From Neoconidiobolus thromboides FSU 785 (taxonomy: Eukaryota > Fungi > Entomophthoromycota): a stretch of 51,233 bases of DNA. The stretch covers positions 1-51,233 of the forward strand of contig MU626399.1 in assembly GCA_025603075.1 (NCBI GenBank), in the 5' to 3' direction. Shown here one piece after another: positions 15,715 through 28,965 of the stretch (position 1 is the first letter of the stretch; the number at the start of each line of letters is the position of its first letter). The notes under the pieces were generated by a model. It saw only the letters and a list, made by a program, of their open reading frames with translations. It was not told the origin of the DNA and ran no database searches. A program made the position numbers and the translations under genes.

Positions 15715-17605
15715 ATGTATACTTTTTTATTAGTATTACTTCTCCCGCTCTCTTTCTTCGCATGGAAATTAATTCCATCTTCTAATATAGCCCATTTACC
15801 TTCTGTATCGGTATACAAATACTTAATCTCCTTTATAAAAGGTATGTCCAGTGATGATCGTAATGAACTGTTAATTATGCCTATGTTGTATAAATTCAAA
15901 GTCATTAGAGTAAGAGTTTATTAAGTGAATATAGTTGTTGGAATCGATTGCTAATTTATTAACAATATTTAATAGTTTTGGATCAATCGATGGATTGTAT
16001 CAGTTAGTGATTTAGAGTTATCTAAAAAAATCTTTACACAGACAGGTAAATAAGAGATTATGAAGGGTTAAATGGATAATTGATTCTAATTAAACTTAAT
16101 CATAACCACCTTTAGAACACTACGAAAAAGAAACTGTGCGCTCTAATGTAACATATTCCTTTGGTAAGCAACTATTTGGTAATAACATTGTGTTTACTTC
16201 TGGAGAGGTAGTTATAAAAATAATATTTTATAATTTAAAGTCAACTTATTTCTAACTATCTAGGAATGGAAGCGTCATCGTAAGATAGTAAACCCTGCTT
16301 TCCATCGTTCTTGGTCATCGGATATTATTGGAGATTGTGCGAAAGGATTTATCGATCAAATTCAACTTGAAAAAGGAGATGTTGATATCCTACCTTTGCT
16401 AAAAAGGTAAGTTTTTACTTGTGTAATAATAGGATTAGTAGTAACACATTTTTTAGAATGACTTTAGATGCTTTAGGCAAATCAATTTTTGATTTTGATT
16501 TCAAGGTAATTTAATAGCCCTTATTTGATTCTCTTATTTAACACTAACTATATGGCTAGGCAATCACTGAACCCAATGGAAAATACGTTACACTTTATAC
16601 TTCTGTGGCACAAGAGTTAAGAAAAACTATCTATGTGTTTTTCCCTATTTTAGAACATCCAATATTCAGCTTACGTACCGAAGCCCTTAAAAAAGCAATA
16701 GAATTTCGTAAGCTTATTAGCCAAGTATTAGATCAAAAGAAGGAAAAGATTGAAAAAGGAGAAGCTATTCATGATGAAAAGGCAGATTTACTTACTTTAA
16801 TGATAAAAGCGAATAGAGATATCACTGAAGATGGGAAACCTTTATTATCAAAAGAGGAAATGATCGTAAGTTTCTTTTAAAATGATCAATGAAATAATGG
16901 TGATTTTTATTTTATTAGGATGATGCAGTTATTTTTTTTGTTGCTGGGCATGATACTACGGCAAATACGCTAGCTTTTATTATGTACTATCTTAGCAAAC
17001 ATCAGGTAAGGAAAAGTAAAACAATCAAACTCATAATTTATTAAATTAATTAGGATATTCAACAAAAAGCGAGAGAAGAAGTGATTCGAGTCATGGGTAA
17101 AAGAACTGGACCACCTAGTTTAGAAGAACAAAAAGAAATGCATTATCTATTAGCTATTATTTATGAAGCCATGCGATTGAAGCCTACTGTTGGACAGCTG
17201 TTTCGAGTAACTAACAATGAAATTGAGTTAGAGTCTGGATTTATTTTAAAACCTAATCAAGTAGTATCCATTAACTTGTATGCTATGTTACATGACCCAA
17301 ATTATTGGAAAGAACCCAATGAGTTTAATCCAGATAGATTTATTAAGGAGACATTGGTTGATAATCAACCTAGTTATGAGTTTGACAAATCAGCAACTAA
17401 AGCTTGGTTTGCTTTTGGAGGTGGCCCTAGAAGTTGCATTGGACTTTCGTTTTCTTTAATGGAACAGAAGATCTTGTTGGCTATGTTATTAATTAAGTAT
17501 AAGTTTAGTCTCCCACAGAATAGTCCCCATAGAGATAAAGTCATCTTGAGCTCGGGCGGCCTCACATACCCTAAGGAGCTTAAAGTTACATTTGAAGAAG
17601 TTTAA
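15715..17605 (+). CDS. Cytochrome P450 (copy 2), multi-exon, tandem paralog of copy 1
   Basis: Same exon structure as copy 1; WKRHRKIVNPAFHRSW, AGHDTTA, EAMR, PDRF, FGGGPRSCIG. Confidence 0.93.
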
Positions 17606-18741
17606 GAGTATTAAAGTTAGGCCATATTTATCCAAGCGTTAAGTTTTTCATCATGTTTTTTATAATCTTTTTTAAATTTAAAATTGGTATTAGATTGAGC
17701 TAAATATTGTTAAGAATCATAACTTGATAATTGATGGCATAGGCATTTAAAAAGGCCTCTATTTAGTTATAAATCGCAGGTTATTTACTTCCATGATCTA
17801 TAATAAGTGGCAATTAAAAAGTAGTTTAATATCCTTTCTAATAGATACTAAAATTAATTTCTATAATGGATTAAAGATAACAACTAATAGTAAACTGTCA
17901 AAATAAAAAACAAAAGATATACTATGCATTATACGCATAGCTCATAAACAGGATAAAGCTATATAAACCAGTCATTTAAAACAATATAAGTCTATCAAAA
18001 ATAGTATATTGTAGTTATCTTTAATACTCTCATTAAATTTTTTATTTTTTATTTTTTATTTTTTATAGCCTATTAATTTAAAATTTCGTAAAAGGAGATT
18101 TTATAATTTAGTCAAGTATAAGATTAGCTCACAACAAAGTTAAACTATAATTGGTCAAGTCTAAAAAGATAACAAATTAATAAACAATCATATAACTTTA
18201 GGTTTGAGTATTACTGTAAATAAAGGATGTCTTAAACTTAAGTCTTGATAGTCGACTATACAAGTTATCGTTGTTTAGATTCCAGTTTTTTTTATTGACA
18301 ATTATCACCGTTTTAATAATAAAAATACAATATTATAAAGAATATTGAATAAAGTAGTGACTTTCTTTGAATCTTTAAAGTTACTTTAATTCAAAAAATT
18401 ATATATAAATTAAACTGAAATACATTATGAAAATTGAAGGCTTCCCTTTTAGTCTATAACCCATCAACTGTTTTCTCATTATTTTCACTATTTTTGATTT
18501 TGATGCTGCTTTATTATTTTAGATGAATTAAGAACTATTTGCTATGTTAAGAACAGAGTTTTGTAATAAGTTATATTTTGTTACTCTTATGATTGATGGA
18601 ATTCTATTCATCATAGATTTAATAAACTTCAAAAGTTATATACCAAAAACATGTAATTTAATATAACATCATATTGAACTATGGAGATACTAGGTAATTA
18701 CATATCAATTAGCTATGACCATGTGTACAAATCCCTTATAG

Positions 18742-18839
18742 AGGGATGTTTTCTTTGATTTCATTACTTTTCCATTTTTTAAGCGTTATTTGAGTAGAAA
18801 GATTGTTATTGAAATTGTTAAACAAAAAAGTACATCTTC
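18742..18839 (-). mobile_element. ~95-bp GGGG-MITE copy
   Basis: agggatgttttctttgatttcattact..aagcgttatttgagt..tacatcttc. Confidence 0.8.
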
Positions 18840-19019
18840 ATCTCTAACTATAAAATTGTTCTTTTAGCTATGATTAATAAATTAATTACACAAAGAACCA
18901 TAAAGCAAAACTTACTAATAAATCATCTATCACCTGATAAAGCGAATAAAAAAGCATAAATAACAATCGAAGATAAATGTGATGCATCCCTTTTTAAGAA
19001 ATTAGTTATTATCTTTTGA

Positions 19020-19919
19020 ATGAATTACACTGCTTTCTATATCATTACCTTAATATTAAATGTATTTGTCCTTACCACTTGCTTGTTATTATTATTATTT
19101 GCAACACGAATCTCAATAAAAAAGAATGATATTAAACTGATTATTTTAATAGCTAGTTTAGAGCTCTTGTTGCCAGTTTTGATCGTTGCGGATTCAATCT
19201 ACGCTCGAATTCAAGGTGAAAAAATGATATATAGCTCTGCAGGTTGTACAATCACAGGCTTTTTTTATGTACTTATATTTTATTTTGAAGTGTTATTCAA
19301 TGCTTTTTTGGCCATTGAGCGTGTGTTAATTTTTAAAAAATCCAGAATAATAAAAATAGTTTATTGGATATTAGTTATCAACTCCATCATCTTTTTGCTC
19401 TTGTTAATTATTTGTGCAATAACTGGTGCATTTGTACGTGCAGCTACCAATTTCTCTTGTCACCTTGATGTAGTTAATTATCCTTTGGCTACTTTTACAC
19501 ATTTTTTTAGAGATTTTAATTGTTTTGCAGGGGTAGTGACAATTATTTATTGTTATTATGAGATATCCAAAGAGGTGAATGGATTTCGAAAGGTTCAAGA
19601 TAATGAATTTGAATTAAATTCCAGTAACAAATTAAGAGCTAAAGATTATCAGACTGCTATCGTTAAAACTTATATAACTTTATCGATTTATGGAATATTA
19701 ATGACTACTGGAAACGTAGGATTTTTAATTGAAACAATATTAAATTATTTAGATGAACAGAGATTTATTGATGTTACTGATACTCTTCATATTGTTGGAG
19801 CTATCTTTTTTGCCGTGGGGTTTGTCGCTAATTCTACTTTAATCCTGTTTTTTCATACTGGGATCAGACATGAGGCTGAAAAGTTCCGAGACCAGATTAA
19901 AGGATTTTTTAAAAGATAA
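19020..19919 (+). CDS. Intronless class-A-like 7TM receptor, array copy 1 (299 aa)
   Basis: Seven hydrophobic segments; TM3 starts GCTITGFF and ends NAFLAIER; ECL2 Cys (FSCHLD); helix-8-like HTGIRHEAEKF. Confidence 0.85.
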   Translation: MNYTAFYIITLILNVFVLTTCLLLLLFATRISIKKNDIKLIILIASLELLLPVLIVADSIYARIQGEKMIYSSAGCTITGFFYVLIFYFEVLFNAFLAIERVLIFKKSRIIKIVYWILVINSIIFLLLLIICAITGAFVRAATNFSCHLDVVNYPLATFTHFFRDFNCFAGVVTIIYCYYEISKEVNGFRKVQDNEFELNSSNKLRAKDYQTAIVKTYITLSIYGILMTTGNVGFLIETILNYLDEQRFIDVTDTLHIVGAIFFAVGFVANSTLILFFHTGIRHEAEKFRDQIKGFFKR

Positions 19920-20231
19920 ATAAGCAATGGGGCTGATGGAAGATAATTTGTTGAATATTCTGTTTTTATTGCTTGAAACGAGCTGCTAATTAATACATTT
20001 AAAGTTTAGTTCGAAGTGTAGTACAATAATGAATAAAATTGCTTTTATAATTTAGTTTAAATTTTTATAATTCAATTGAAAGAAATAGTAGTACTAATAT
20101 TACATTTTTAGATCAATTTTTCTGGTTTTAGTTTTGATAATTTAAGTTTTTAGCCATTTGAATCCTTTTAGCTACTTTTTACTATTATTTTTTTATTTTA
20201 GTTTAATATCATAAATTAATCTTCAATATAT

Positions 20232-20328
20232 GGGGATGTATTTTTTTGCTTAAGTTTTACTAACAATCTCTCTGCTCAAATAGCGTTTGAAAAATGGAAA
20301 AAGGTATGAAACCAAAAAAAACAGCCCC
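20232..20328 (+). mobile_element. ~95-bp GGGG-MITE copy
   Basis: Perfect ATAT/ATAT TSD; paralogous empty site at ~24780-24800. Confidence 0.92.
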
Positions 20329-20949
20329 ATATAAATAACTATAATCGAATGTCTTATATATGCAGCATTTTAAAGTAAATAAAATGTTATTAATTGGGGC
20401 GTATTGGTCCTAAATTTGTCATCATGCTTTGTAAATTTTTAATCTAGGTGATTAAAGTTGTTGATATTTAAGAATAGCTTTGTACATGGCAATAAGATGA
20501 AGGGGACTAGTCGTGAGACTTGTCAGCTAGCTTTTTGTAGCCTCATATTCAACCTTTTTTAGTGGCTGTGGATTTATTATGATTTACGTTTTGAGCTCTT
20601 ATTATTAGGATTTATACAAACCCATTAATTTTAATAAAACTGAAAGTTTCTCTTACACCAAAAATCATTTTTATAAAAAAACTAAAAAGTTTAGTTTCTT
20701 AAAATGCTTGAATTTTTTTATAACGCTTTTATCTAAAATTGTAAAATTGAACTGTTTTGGAGCTAGGAACCTGCTTGGGTGTACTTTGGCCGGTAGGCCT
20801 ATTTTAGGAAGTAACCTCTTCTTTAACCTTAACAAAACTTAGTACCCAAAGAGTCAATTAATAAAAGTGTCTACCATCCAAATGATTTAAATAGACATAA
20901 ATAAGATAAAAGTAAAAAAGTTCTTTAATAAGCTGGATATAATTTTCAA

Positions 20950-21852
20950 ATGTATTTTGCTGATTTCTATTATAACTGCGCAATAGTATTTAGTATATGT
21001 ATTACCGTCGTTTGCTTCTTACTGGTATTATTTGCAACAAGGATTCCAAATAAAGGCAAAGATATTAAATTCATTGTTTTAATTGCCATTGTAGAGCTCT
21101 TAGTACCAGTCTTAATGACAGTGGATCCCATTTACACTCAAATAACTGGTGAAAAAGTGATATTCAATCACACTGCTTGCACAATCACTGGCTTTTTTTA
21201 TGAGATTGTTGCTTATTTCGAAGTTTTGTTTAATGCCTTTTTGGCCATTGAACGTGTATTGATTTTTAAAAAATCCAAAGTGATAAGACTAATTTATTGG
21301 ATTTTGACTATCAATTCAACCGTTTTCTCAGTATTACTGATTGTATGTACAGCAATTGGTGCCTATATACGTGGGCCTAGTACTTATATTTGTCATCTCG
21401 ATGTAGCCGATTATCCTTTAGCTACCTTCACCCATCTTTTTAGAGATTTTATTTGTCTTGGTGCGGTAGCTACATGTATACATTGCTATTGTGAGATATC
21501 TAAACAAGTAAATGGGTTTCTAAAGGTGCAATATAATGGACTTGAGTTAAGCGTCAATCATGAAGAAAGATCCAAAGAGTATCAAACTGTTATTATTAAA
21601 ACATATATAAGTTTAACAATATACGGAGTGTTGATGTTTTCTGGGAATCTATCATTTTCCATTGAGGCAATATTGCATTATTTGGATAAATCAAAGTTTA
21701 AAATAATTAGTGATCCTCTTCATTATATAGGACTTTCCTTTTATTGTATGGGATTTGTTGCTAACACTGCGTTAATATTGCTTTTCCATACTGGCATCAG
21801 GCATGAAGTTCAAAAGTTTTATGCCCAAACTAAGAAGCTTTTTAAAAGATGA
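20950..21852 (+). CDS. Intronless class-A-like 7TM receptor, array copy 2 (300 aa)
   Basis: Co-linear paralog of copy 1: ACTITGFF, NAFLAIER, YICHLD, HTGIRHE. Confidence 0.85.
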   Translation: MYFADFYYNCAIVFSICITVVCFLLVLFATRIPNKGKDIKFIVLIAIVELLVPVLMTVDPIYTQITGEKVIFNHTACTITGFFYEIVAYFEVLFNAFLAIERVLIFKKSKVIRLIYWILTINSTVFSVLLIVCTAIGAYIRGPSTYICHLDVADYPLATFTHLFRDFICLGAVATCIHCYCEISKQVNGFLKVQYNGLELSVNHEERSKEYQTVIIKTYISLTIYGVLMFSGNLSFSIEAILHYLDKSKFKIISDPLHYIGLSFYCMGFVANTALILLFHTGIRHEVQKFYAQTKKLFKR

Positions 21853-23185
21853 ATAAGTGATGTTGTTGAACAATTTTATCTACAATGATTGAAACACCTT
21901 TAGTTGAAGTTTTTTTATTGTAAATAAAGTATAATAGTGAGTAAACTAGTCCTTGTTTTAATTTCTGGTTTACATAATTTGCTTTTGATATTTTCTACAA
22001 CCCAATTGAAATAAATACTTGCATGGTATAGTGCTTTAACTCTAACATTCCTTGTTTATCCTGATCATTTGTGTTTTAAAACCGTTAAAAATATTTGGGC
22101 ACTTTTTAATGTTATCCTTTTAAAATCATTTGATATTATAAATAAACAATAATATCTAAGTAAGTATAGTTAAACTTTCATCGTATAGTTGGATTAGAGT
22201 CAAGAAGAGTAAGGGGTTTTTTCTTCTACTAATTTTTCCAAAATTTATTTTCTTACAGTTAAAAGAAATACCAATCAAAAAAAAGAAACAAGAAGCTCAA
22301 AAGCTTAGAAACAACTTATATATGATAAAAGTTAGGATTGGGTAATGCTAGAGTAGGATTTAACTTTTATTAGTCTGAACAAGTTAATCGGCTTCTGTGC
22401 ATTTATTACCTAAAATTGGTTCTTTATCGAAATACATGAAAATCTGCAAAAGGATCCCTCCACTTCTTGACTGCCACCTACAGCCCTATACCTGAATTGA
22501 AAAAGTTGTATACAGCATTTTCAAAGCAAACCAAAGTATCGTTGATTTGATTTTTTTAGTCTAGAATTTGGAATCTTTTATCCTTTGTAGTCGTTTTCGT
22601 TCATAGGGCTAAAATTATTATTATATTATAGTTTTGTATAAGCAAAAAAAATAAAAGTACTAAACCATAAAGCTGATAAGCTTAATTTGCTGAAGCCCCA
22701 TACTCGTGCTTTATTTTATAGTTGTAGGTACGTTATATTCTGCACTTTGATTTTATTAAAAATGGATTTTGTCAATGAAATTATTTACAAAAATAATAAA
22801 ATTAACTTGTTTTAGGGTAAGGAGACTGTTAGAGAGTACTAAGACTAGTAAGTGTGCTTTAAAAGCTTTCCTCTTCTTTAGCCTTGCTAAAACTCGAACT
22901 TACATTGACTATGAATAGACCATTAGGCATTGAGCTTAATCCATATTTATAAAAAATAGTCCCAAACCAAATTTAGCCCTACTAAATACGTTTATAACCT
23001 ATACTTGTCCACCTTTTTGTGCTGAAATATTAGCTTGAGTATAAAAAATAAGTTTTCTCCAAAAAATCAAAAGATTATTAGATACACTGCCATTTTTTCA
23101 ATCCTTGAAATAAGATCTTTGTTCAAGTTTTGTCTTTTTATAAAGTGTAATTTTTTAAGTAGCATTTTTACCGGTGTAATTATAT

Positions 23186-23283
23186 GGGGATGTATTTTTG
23201 TGTTTAAGAATTTTACTAATAATTTTTCCGCCTAAATAGCGCTTAAAAATGGAAAAAATAATGAAGTCAAGAAAAACACTCCC
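23186..23283 (+). mobile_element. ~95-bp GGGG-MITE copy
   Basis: Perfect ATAT/ATAT flanks. Confidence 0.9.
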
Positions 23284-23574
23284 ATATGGTCCTACCCATT
23301 TTTTTCAAAAAGATTCTAATTGTTTATATGGAGACCTAGTAGAATCTCAATGAGCTAGATGCATTCAATTCTTATACACTAAAGTTTAATTGTAGTGAGA
23401 TAAGTTGAGTCTAATTAGTCTAATTAATCAGGGGATCCTGATTCAGTTGATTTTTCAAAACATGATATTCGATGTGTATATTAATATTTATTTATTATAT
23501 GACTAATTAAATTAAAAAATATATAAATATCATAAAAATTAGCACTTTGTTTTAAAGACAATTATTATTTTATA

Positions 23575-24488
23575 ATGAATAAAAGTGCCTTTGATATATT
23601 CTCAATAATATTCAATGTATACGTTGTCGTGATCTGTTCTTTATTGTCATTATTTACATTACAAATTCCAAATAAAGGCAATTGCACTAAGTTCCTTATT
23701 TTAATTGTAATCATTGAACCCATAGCGCCATTATCAAATATTGTGGAACCTATGTATACTCAAATAGATGATGAACAAATGCTCCATAATCATCCTGCTT
23801 CCACAGTCATTGGCTTTTTTATGAGTTTATTTTTTATTACAAGGTTATATTCAATACTTTTTTGGCCATTGAGCGTGTTTTGATTTTTTCAAAAATATAA
23901 AATAATAAGGATAGTTAAATCGATCTTGACCATCAGCTCAACCATTTTCTTAATCCTGCTGATTTTTTGTGCAACAGCTGGTGCCATTATTCCTAGGGCT
24001 AGCGATTTTCTTTTCCATTTTAATATGATGAGCTATCCTTTAGCTATATTCACACATCTCTTTTGCGATTTTAATCTTATGGGTGAGATATTTAAAGTCA
24101 TTTATTGTTATTATGAGATATCCAAAAAAGTGAATGGGTTTCGAAAAATACAGAATAATGAAATTGAACTAAGCAACAGTTATAAATTAAGGTCAAAAAA
24201 GTTTCGAGTTGCCATCATCAAAACCTATATAAATTTATCAATATATAGGATACTAACGCTTACTGCATGTGGTATATTTTTCATCAGAGAGGTTTTGAAC
24301 TGTTTGGATGAAGCAAGACTTGGCAATGCTATCAACTCCTTTCATGTTATTGGAGTTCTATTTTTTTGCTTTGGATTTTTTGCTTTGGATTTTTTGCTAA
24401 TTTAACTCTAATCTTGTTTTTTCATACTGGGGTTAGACATGAAGCTAAAAAATTTCGAGATCAAGCTAAAGGGTTTTTTAAAATATGA
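23575..24488 (+). pseudogene. 7TM receptor array copy 3, pseudogene
   Basis: -1 frameshift in poly-T at 23815-23820; +1 at 23884-23889, leaving in-frame TGA at 23881; both disulfide Cys lost; 14-nt duplication (ttggattttttgct) near 24371-24398 frameshifts the C-terminus. Confidence 0.85.
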
Positions 24489-26033
24489 ATGAGGGCGCCG
24501 ATTGAGGTTTTATTAAAAGGTTTAATTCTCGTAGCTTAAAAGGAGTAGTTAAATAACATGTTTATCTGTTTTATTAGATATATAAATCATAGCATGAATG
24601 AAATCACTTTATAAAGGATTTTCTTGGCATTTTTTGATTTAATTAAAATACTAATATTAATTAATATATTAATCATGATTTTTCTCATTTGAGATTCTAT
24701 AGTTTATTTTTGAAGCCATTTAAGTTATTCAATGTTTTGTTTCCATTTATTTAGCACCATTTATTATTATAAATTAAGCTTCAGTATATAAATAATTGTA
24801 TCAAATGTTTTGGTTGTATATGCAGCATTTAAAGCAAATTAAAGTGTTGTTAATTTGGGGTGCATTGACTCTAATTCTATCATTTTTATGATTTGTACCT
24901 TTTCTATCTGGGATTAAGGTTATGGATATTTAATAATAGTTTTATATAAGCTAATAAAATAAAAATAGTAAACCATAAATGTAGTCAGCTGCTTTTTTAT
25001 AGCCTCACATTTAAACTCTTTTAATGGTTGTGTAGTTAGGTTCAAATACGATAACGTAATGACTTTCACAACTTTGAATTAACCTTGCTTGAGTTAGAAT
25101 TTTTTTAAATTAGGATACATAAAATCTTTTTTTAGAAGCCATAATAATTTATTGAAGTAAAAATAAGTAAAAAAGTTTAAAACTTTCATTATTTTGAGTG
25201 AAATTATAAAATTTAATTTTATTATATTGATTTTAAATCTCAATAGAAGAATGAGATTAAAGTGCTGTTTAGACATAAAATTATTCAATTTAATTTAATT
25301 TAAATCTGATTACACGTTTTCTAATAAAACTTGGTTTTTCTATTTGGCTGAGTTATTTTCAAGGCTAATAACTTTTCTAAATACGATAGTCTTCAATATT
25401 AGGCATTTTTCTATCTGCTATTGTAAAGGAATAGACTAATATTTATAAAATGACAAAACAATATTTTAAAAAAAAGTGACACATCAAAAATAAGCCAATG
25501 TAGGATAATTTTTTATCATTCTTTATTACTTCATACTAAAATTTGTTGTATTTAATCTTTTGATCCATTTTAGTTTTTGGGTGACACAAATATGATTTCG
25601 TCGCTTTTCACTCCAGTATTAAATGTTCCCTACAAAAGCGCAAGGTCAAAAGTAATGCTTGTAGCTCCGCTACAACTTGTTTTTGGTTTCATTTTACAAA
25701 TAAGGTTATACAAATTCCTGCATTTAATAAAGTTATAAATTTATGTTAAGTCAGTTATTTTACAGAATACCGGAAGTTTATTTTTTTAAAAGGTATCTTT
25801 CGTTTATTAGACTATATATAAAAAATGGTAAAGTTGATTTGTTTCAGGGTTAGAAACCTATTGAGCGTACCATAAAAAAGCTAGTACTTTTTAATAAGCA
25901 AACCTTCCTTTAACCTTCCGAGAATTGGTACCCAAAGAGTTGACCAATAAATTATCTATTGCCCAGGAAATTTTAAAAAAGATATAAATAGCATAAAACT
26001 AAACATCCTTATAAAGATAAAAATAAGTCAAAG

Positions 26034-26957
26034 ATGGATGCCGCCACCATTTATTATTACTGTTCAGTAGTATTTAGTATAAATATTATCATCATATGCT
26101 TTTTGTTGATTTTATTTGCATCACGAATCCCAACTAAAAGTAACGATGTTAAACTCATCATTTTGATAGGGACCATAGAACTGTTAATACCAATATTGAC
26201 TTCAACGGATCCTATCTATACACTTGTAAATGGTGAAAAGGTAATATATAATCTTACTGCTTGCACAGTTACTGGATTTTTCTATGAAATTGTCGCTTTT
26301 TATGAAATTATATTCAATGCTTTTTTGGCTATTGAACGTGTATTAATTTTTAGGAAGTCTAAAATACTAAAGCTAGTTTATTGGGTACTAGCTATCAATT
26401 CAATCATATTCTTAATCCTACTTATCACATGCTCAGCGCTTCGAATGTTTATGCATGGATCTACTAGGCACATTTGTCTTCTTGATGCGGCAAATTACGC
26501 TTTAGCTGCATTCACTCATCTCTTTAGAGATTTCAACTGCCTTAGTGGGGTACTTGTGTGCCTCTATTGCTATTATGAGATATCCAAAGAAGTAAATGGG
26601 TTTCGGAAAGTACAGAATAATGGGTTTGAATTAAGCACCAAGCAAAAAGAGAGATCTAAAGAATACCAACTTGCCATCATTAAAACCTATATAAGCCTAA
26701 CAGTGTATGGAATATTTATGCTTACTGCAAATCTAGTGTTTCCTACCGAAGTGGTATTGAAAATTTTAGATAAGCCGAGATTTACTCCAGTTATTGATCC
26801 TCTTCATTATATAGGGCTTACCTGTACATGTGTGGGATTCATCGCCAATACTGCACTGATTTTATTTTTCCATACTGGGATTAGGCATGAGGCTGAAAAA
26901 TTTTATGAACAGATAAAAGGGTTTTATCAAAAGGTGAATAAGGGATGGCATGAATGA
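26034..26957 (+). CDS. Intronless class-A-like 7TM receptor, array copy 4 (307 aa)
   Basis: ACTVTGFF, NAFLAIER, HICLLD, HTGIRHEAEKF. Confidence 0.85.
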   Translation: MDAATIYYYCSVVFSINIIIICFLLILFASRIPTKSNDVKLIILIGTIELLIPILTSTDPIYTLVNGEKVIYNLTACTVTGFFYEIVAFYEIIFNAFLAIERVLIFRKSKILKLVYWVLAINSIIFLILLITCSALRMFMHGSTRHICLLDAANYALAAFTHLFRDFNCLSGVLVCLYCYYEISKEVNGFRKVQNNGFELSTKQKERSKEYQLAIIKTYISLTVYGIFMLTANLVFPTEVVLKILDKPRFTPVIDPLHYIGLTCTCVGFIANTALILFFHTGIRHEAEKFYEQIKGFYQKVNKGWHE

Positions 26958-28062
26958 AATATTTTTCTAGAGAGATTGTTCTCTCACTGTTTGAAAACGA
27001 GTCACTGATTGATGCATTTGGAGTTTATCTTGAATAAAATACAATGGTTATTGAGTTTGCCTTTATTTTTTTCTGGCTTTTTATGATTCAACCAAAATAA
27101 GCATCAGTATAATAGAGTACTTGATTTTAAATTTTCTCATTTTCAGATCCCATAGTTTATATTTTTAGGTCATCTGAATTATTTAATAACTTCTTATTAG
27201 CATCTGCCTGATGTCGTTTGCTATTATAAATCAAACTATAAGCTCGAACAGCTATACCAAATGTTCTATATATGCAGCATTTTCAAAGCAATTTAAGATG
27301 TTACGATTGTGGTGCATTAGCTTCATTTTTGTCATTTTTATGCTTTGTAATTATATTTGAGGAATTAAGGTTGTAGACATTTAAAAATATATTTATACAA
27401 ATTAATAAAATCAAAGTAACAAACTATAAGGCTAGTTAGCAAAATTTCTACAATCTCTTATTCATTCTTATTTTTAATAACTGTAGATCTGGCACAATTT
27501 GTATTTTAGTTCTATTCTATCTGTAAAATTTGTGGAAATTCCTATATTTTAATGGAAATTTTAAAAGTCAACTATTAAAGTGGATTTTTTTAAAAAGAAT
27601 GAACTTTGTATGTTAAACCTTTATCCAAAATTGTAGCATAGATTAATTTTTGACTTGAAAGCCTATTTGAGTGCAGCTTACCAGATAAGTACTCTTTACC
27701 AGGTAACCTCTTTGGCATTCCAAAGACTTGAGCCTCAAATTTTGGTTGATTGGAAGTTTCACATATAATTGAAAATTAAACCATCAAATCGATAGTCATA
27801 AAATAGGCTGGTTTCTTTGATTACCATATATATGTTAGACTAATCCAGTTCTTTTATACCGAAATTGTTTATTATGAGCCTGACACCCGGTTTAGCCTAG
27901 TTAAGCAAAAAAAATTGACTCAACTGAGCAAATTTTTTCAAAGAACTTGGTAATCAAAAGGTTGATTAATAAATTATCTTACCTAAACAATTGTATAAAA
28001 AAGATGTAAATAGCATTAAGGAGAAACTTTCAGTTTTTTTAATAAACAACTTTAATTTTTAA

Positions 28063-28965
28063 ATGGATATCGCTACTTTTTTTTATAATTTCTCAATAAC
28101 ACTTAATGTGTTTATTATTATCACCTGTTTGTTATTGACATTGTTTGCAACACGAGCTCTAATTAAAAAAAATGATATCAAACTTATTATTTTGATTGCT
28201 AATTTAGAACTGTTAATAGCAATTTTACTGATAGTCGATTACATTTACACTCAAGTAACCAGAAATAAATTTATCTTAAATCATACTGCTTGTACACTCA
28301 CTGGGTTTTTTTATGAGGTTATTGCTTATTTAGAGGTTTTGTCCAATGCTTTTTTGGCTATTGAACTTTTGTTAGTATATAAAAAGTCCAAAGTGATAAG
28401 AATAGTTAAACGGATCTTGTTTATCAGTTCAATTATTTTTTTCATTCTACTGACTGTATGCATGGCAATTGGTGCCTTTATACGCGGATCTACAAATTAT
28501 ATTTGCCATCTTAATGTAGCTAATTATACCTTAGCTGCATTCACTTATTTCTTTAGAGACTTTGTTTGCGTTTCTACAGTACTAATAATCATATATTGCT
28601 ATTATGAGACATCTAAAAAAGTGAACAGGTTTCGAAAAGTGCATGATATAGAAATTAAATTAAGTATCAGTCATAAAAAAAGATACAGAGAGTCCGAGGT
28701 CGCAATCACTAAAAACTATATAAGCTTAACAGCGTATGGGCTATTGATGTTTATTGGAAATATATTGTTTTCTATTGAAACAATATTAGCTTGTTTAAAC
28801 AAAGCGAGATTTATTAATGCCATTGATCCCTTACATCATGTGGGACTTATCTTTTTTGGTTTTGGTTTTTTTGCTAATACTACATTGATCTTGTTCTTTC
28901 ATACTGGTATTAAGCATGAGGCTGAAGAGTTTCGAGAGCAGGTTAAAAAAATCTTTAAGAAATAA
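28063..28965 (+). CDS. Intronless class-A-like 7TM receptor, array copy 5 (300 aa; AIER changed to AIEL)
   Basis: Full-length co-linear paralog; conserved Arg codon CGT is CTT here. Confidence 0.82.
   Translation: MDIATFFYNFSITLNVFIIITCLLLTLFATRALIKKNDIKLIILIANLELLIAILLIVDYIYTQVTRNKFILNHTACTLTGFFYEVIAYLEVLSNAFLAIELLLVYKKSKVIRIVKRILFISSIIFFILLTVCMAIGAFIRGSTNYICHLNVANYTLAAFTYFFRDFVCVSTVLIIIYCYYETSKKVNRFRKVHDIEIKLSISHKKRYRESEVAITKNYISLTAYGLLMFIGNILFSIETILACLNKARFINAIDPLHHVGLIFFGFGFFANTTLILFFHTGIKHEAEEFREQVKKIFKK

Noticed and set aside
19020-28965. Array receptors as opsins (type 2 rhodopsins)
   Set aside because: TM7 (e.g. HIVGAIFFAVGFVANSTLILFFH) contains no Lys for retinal attachment.
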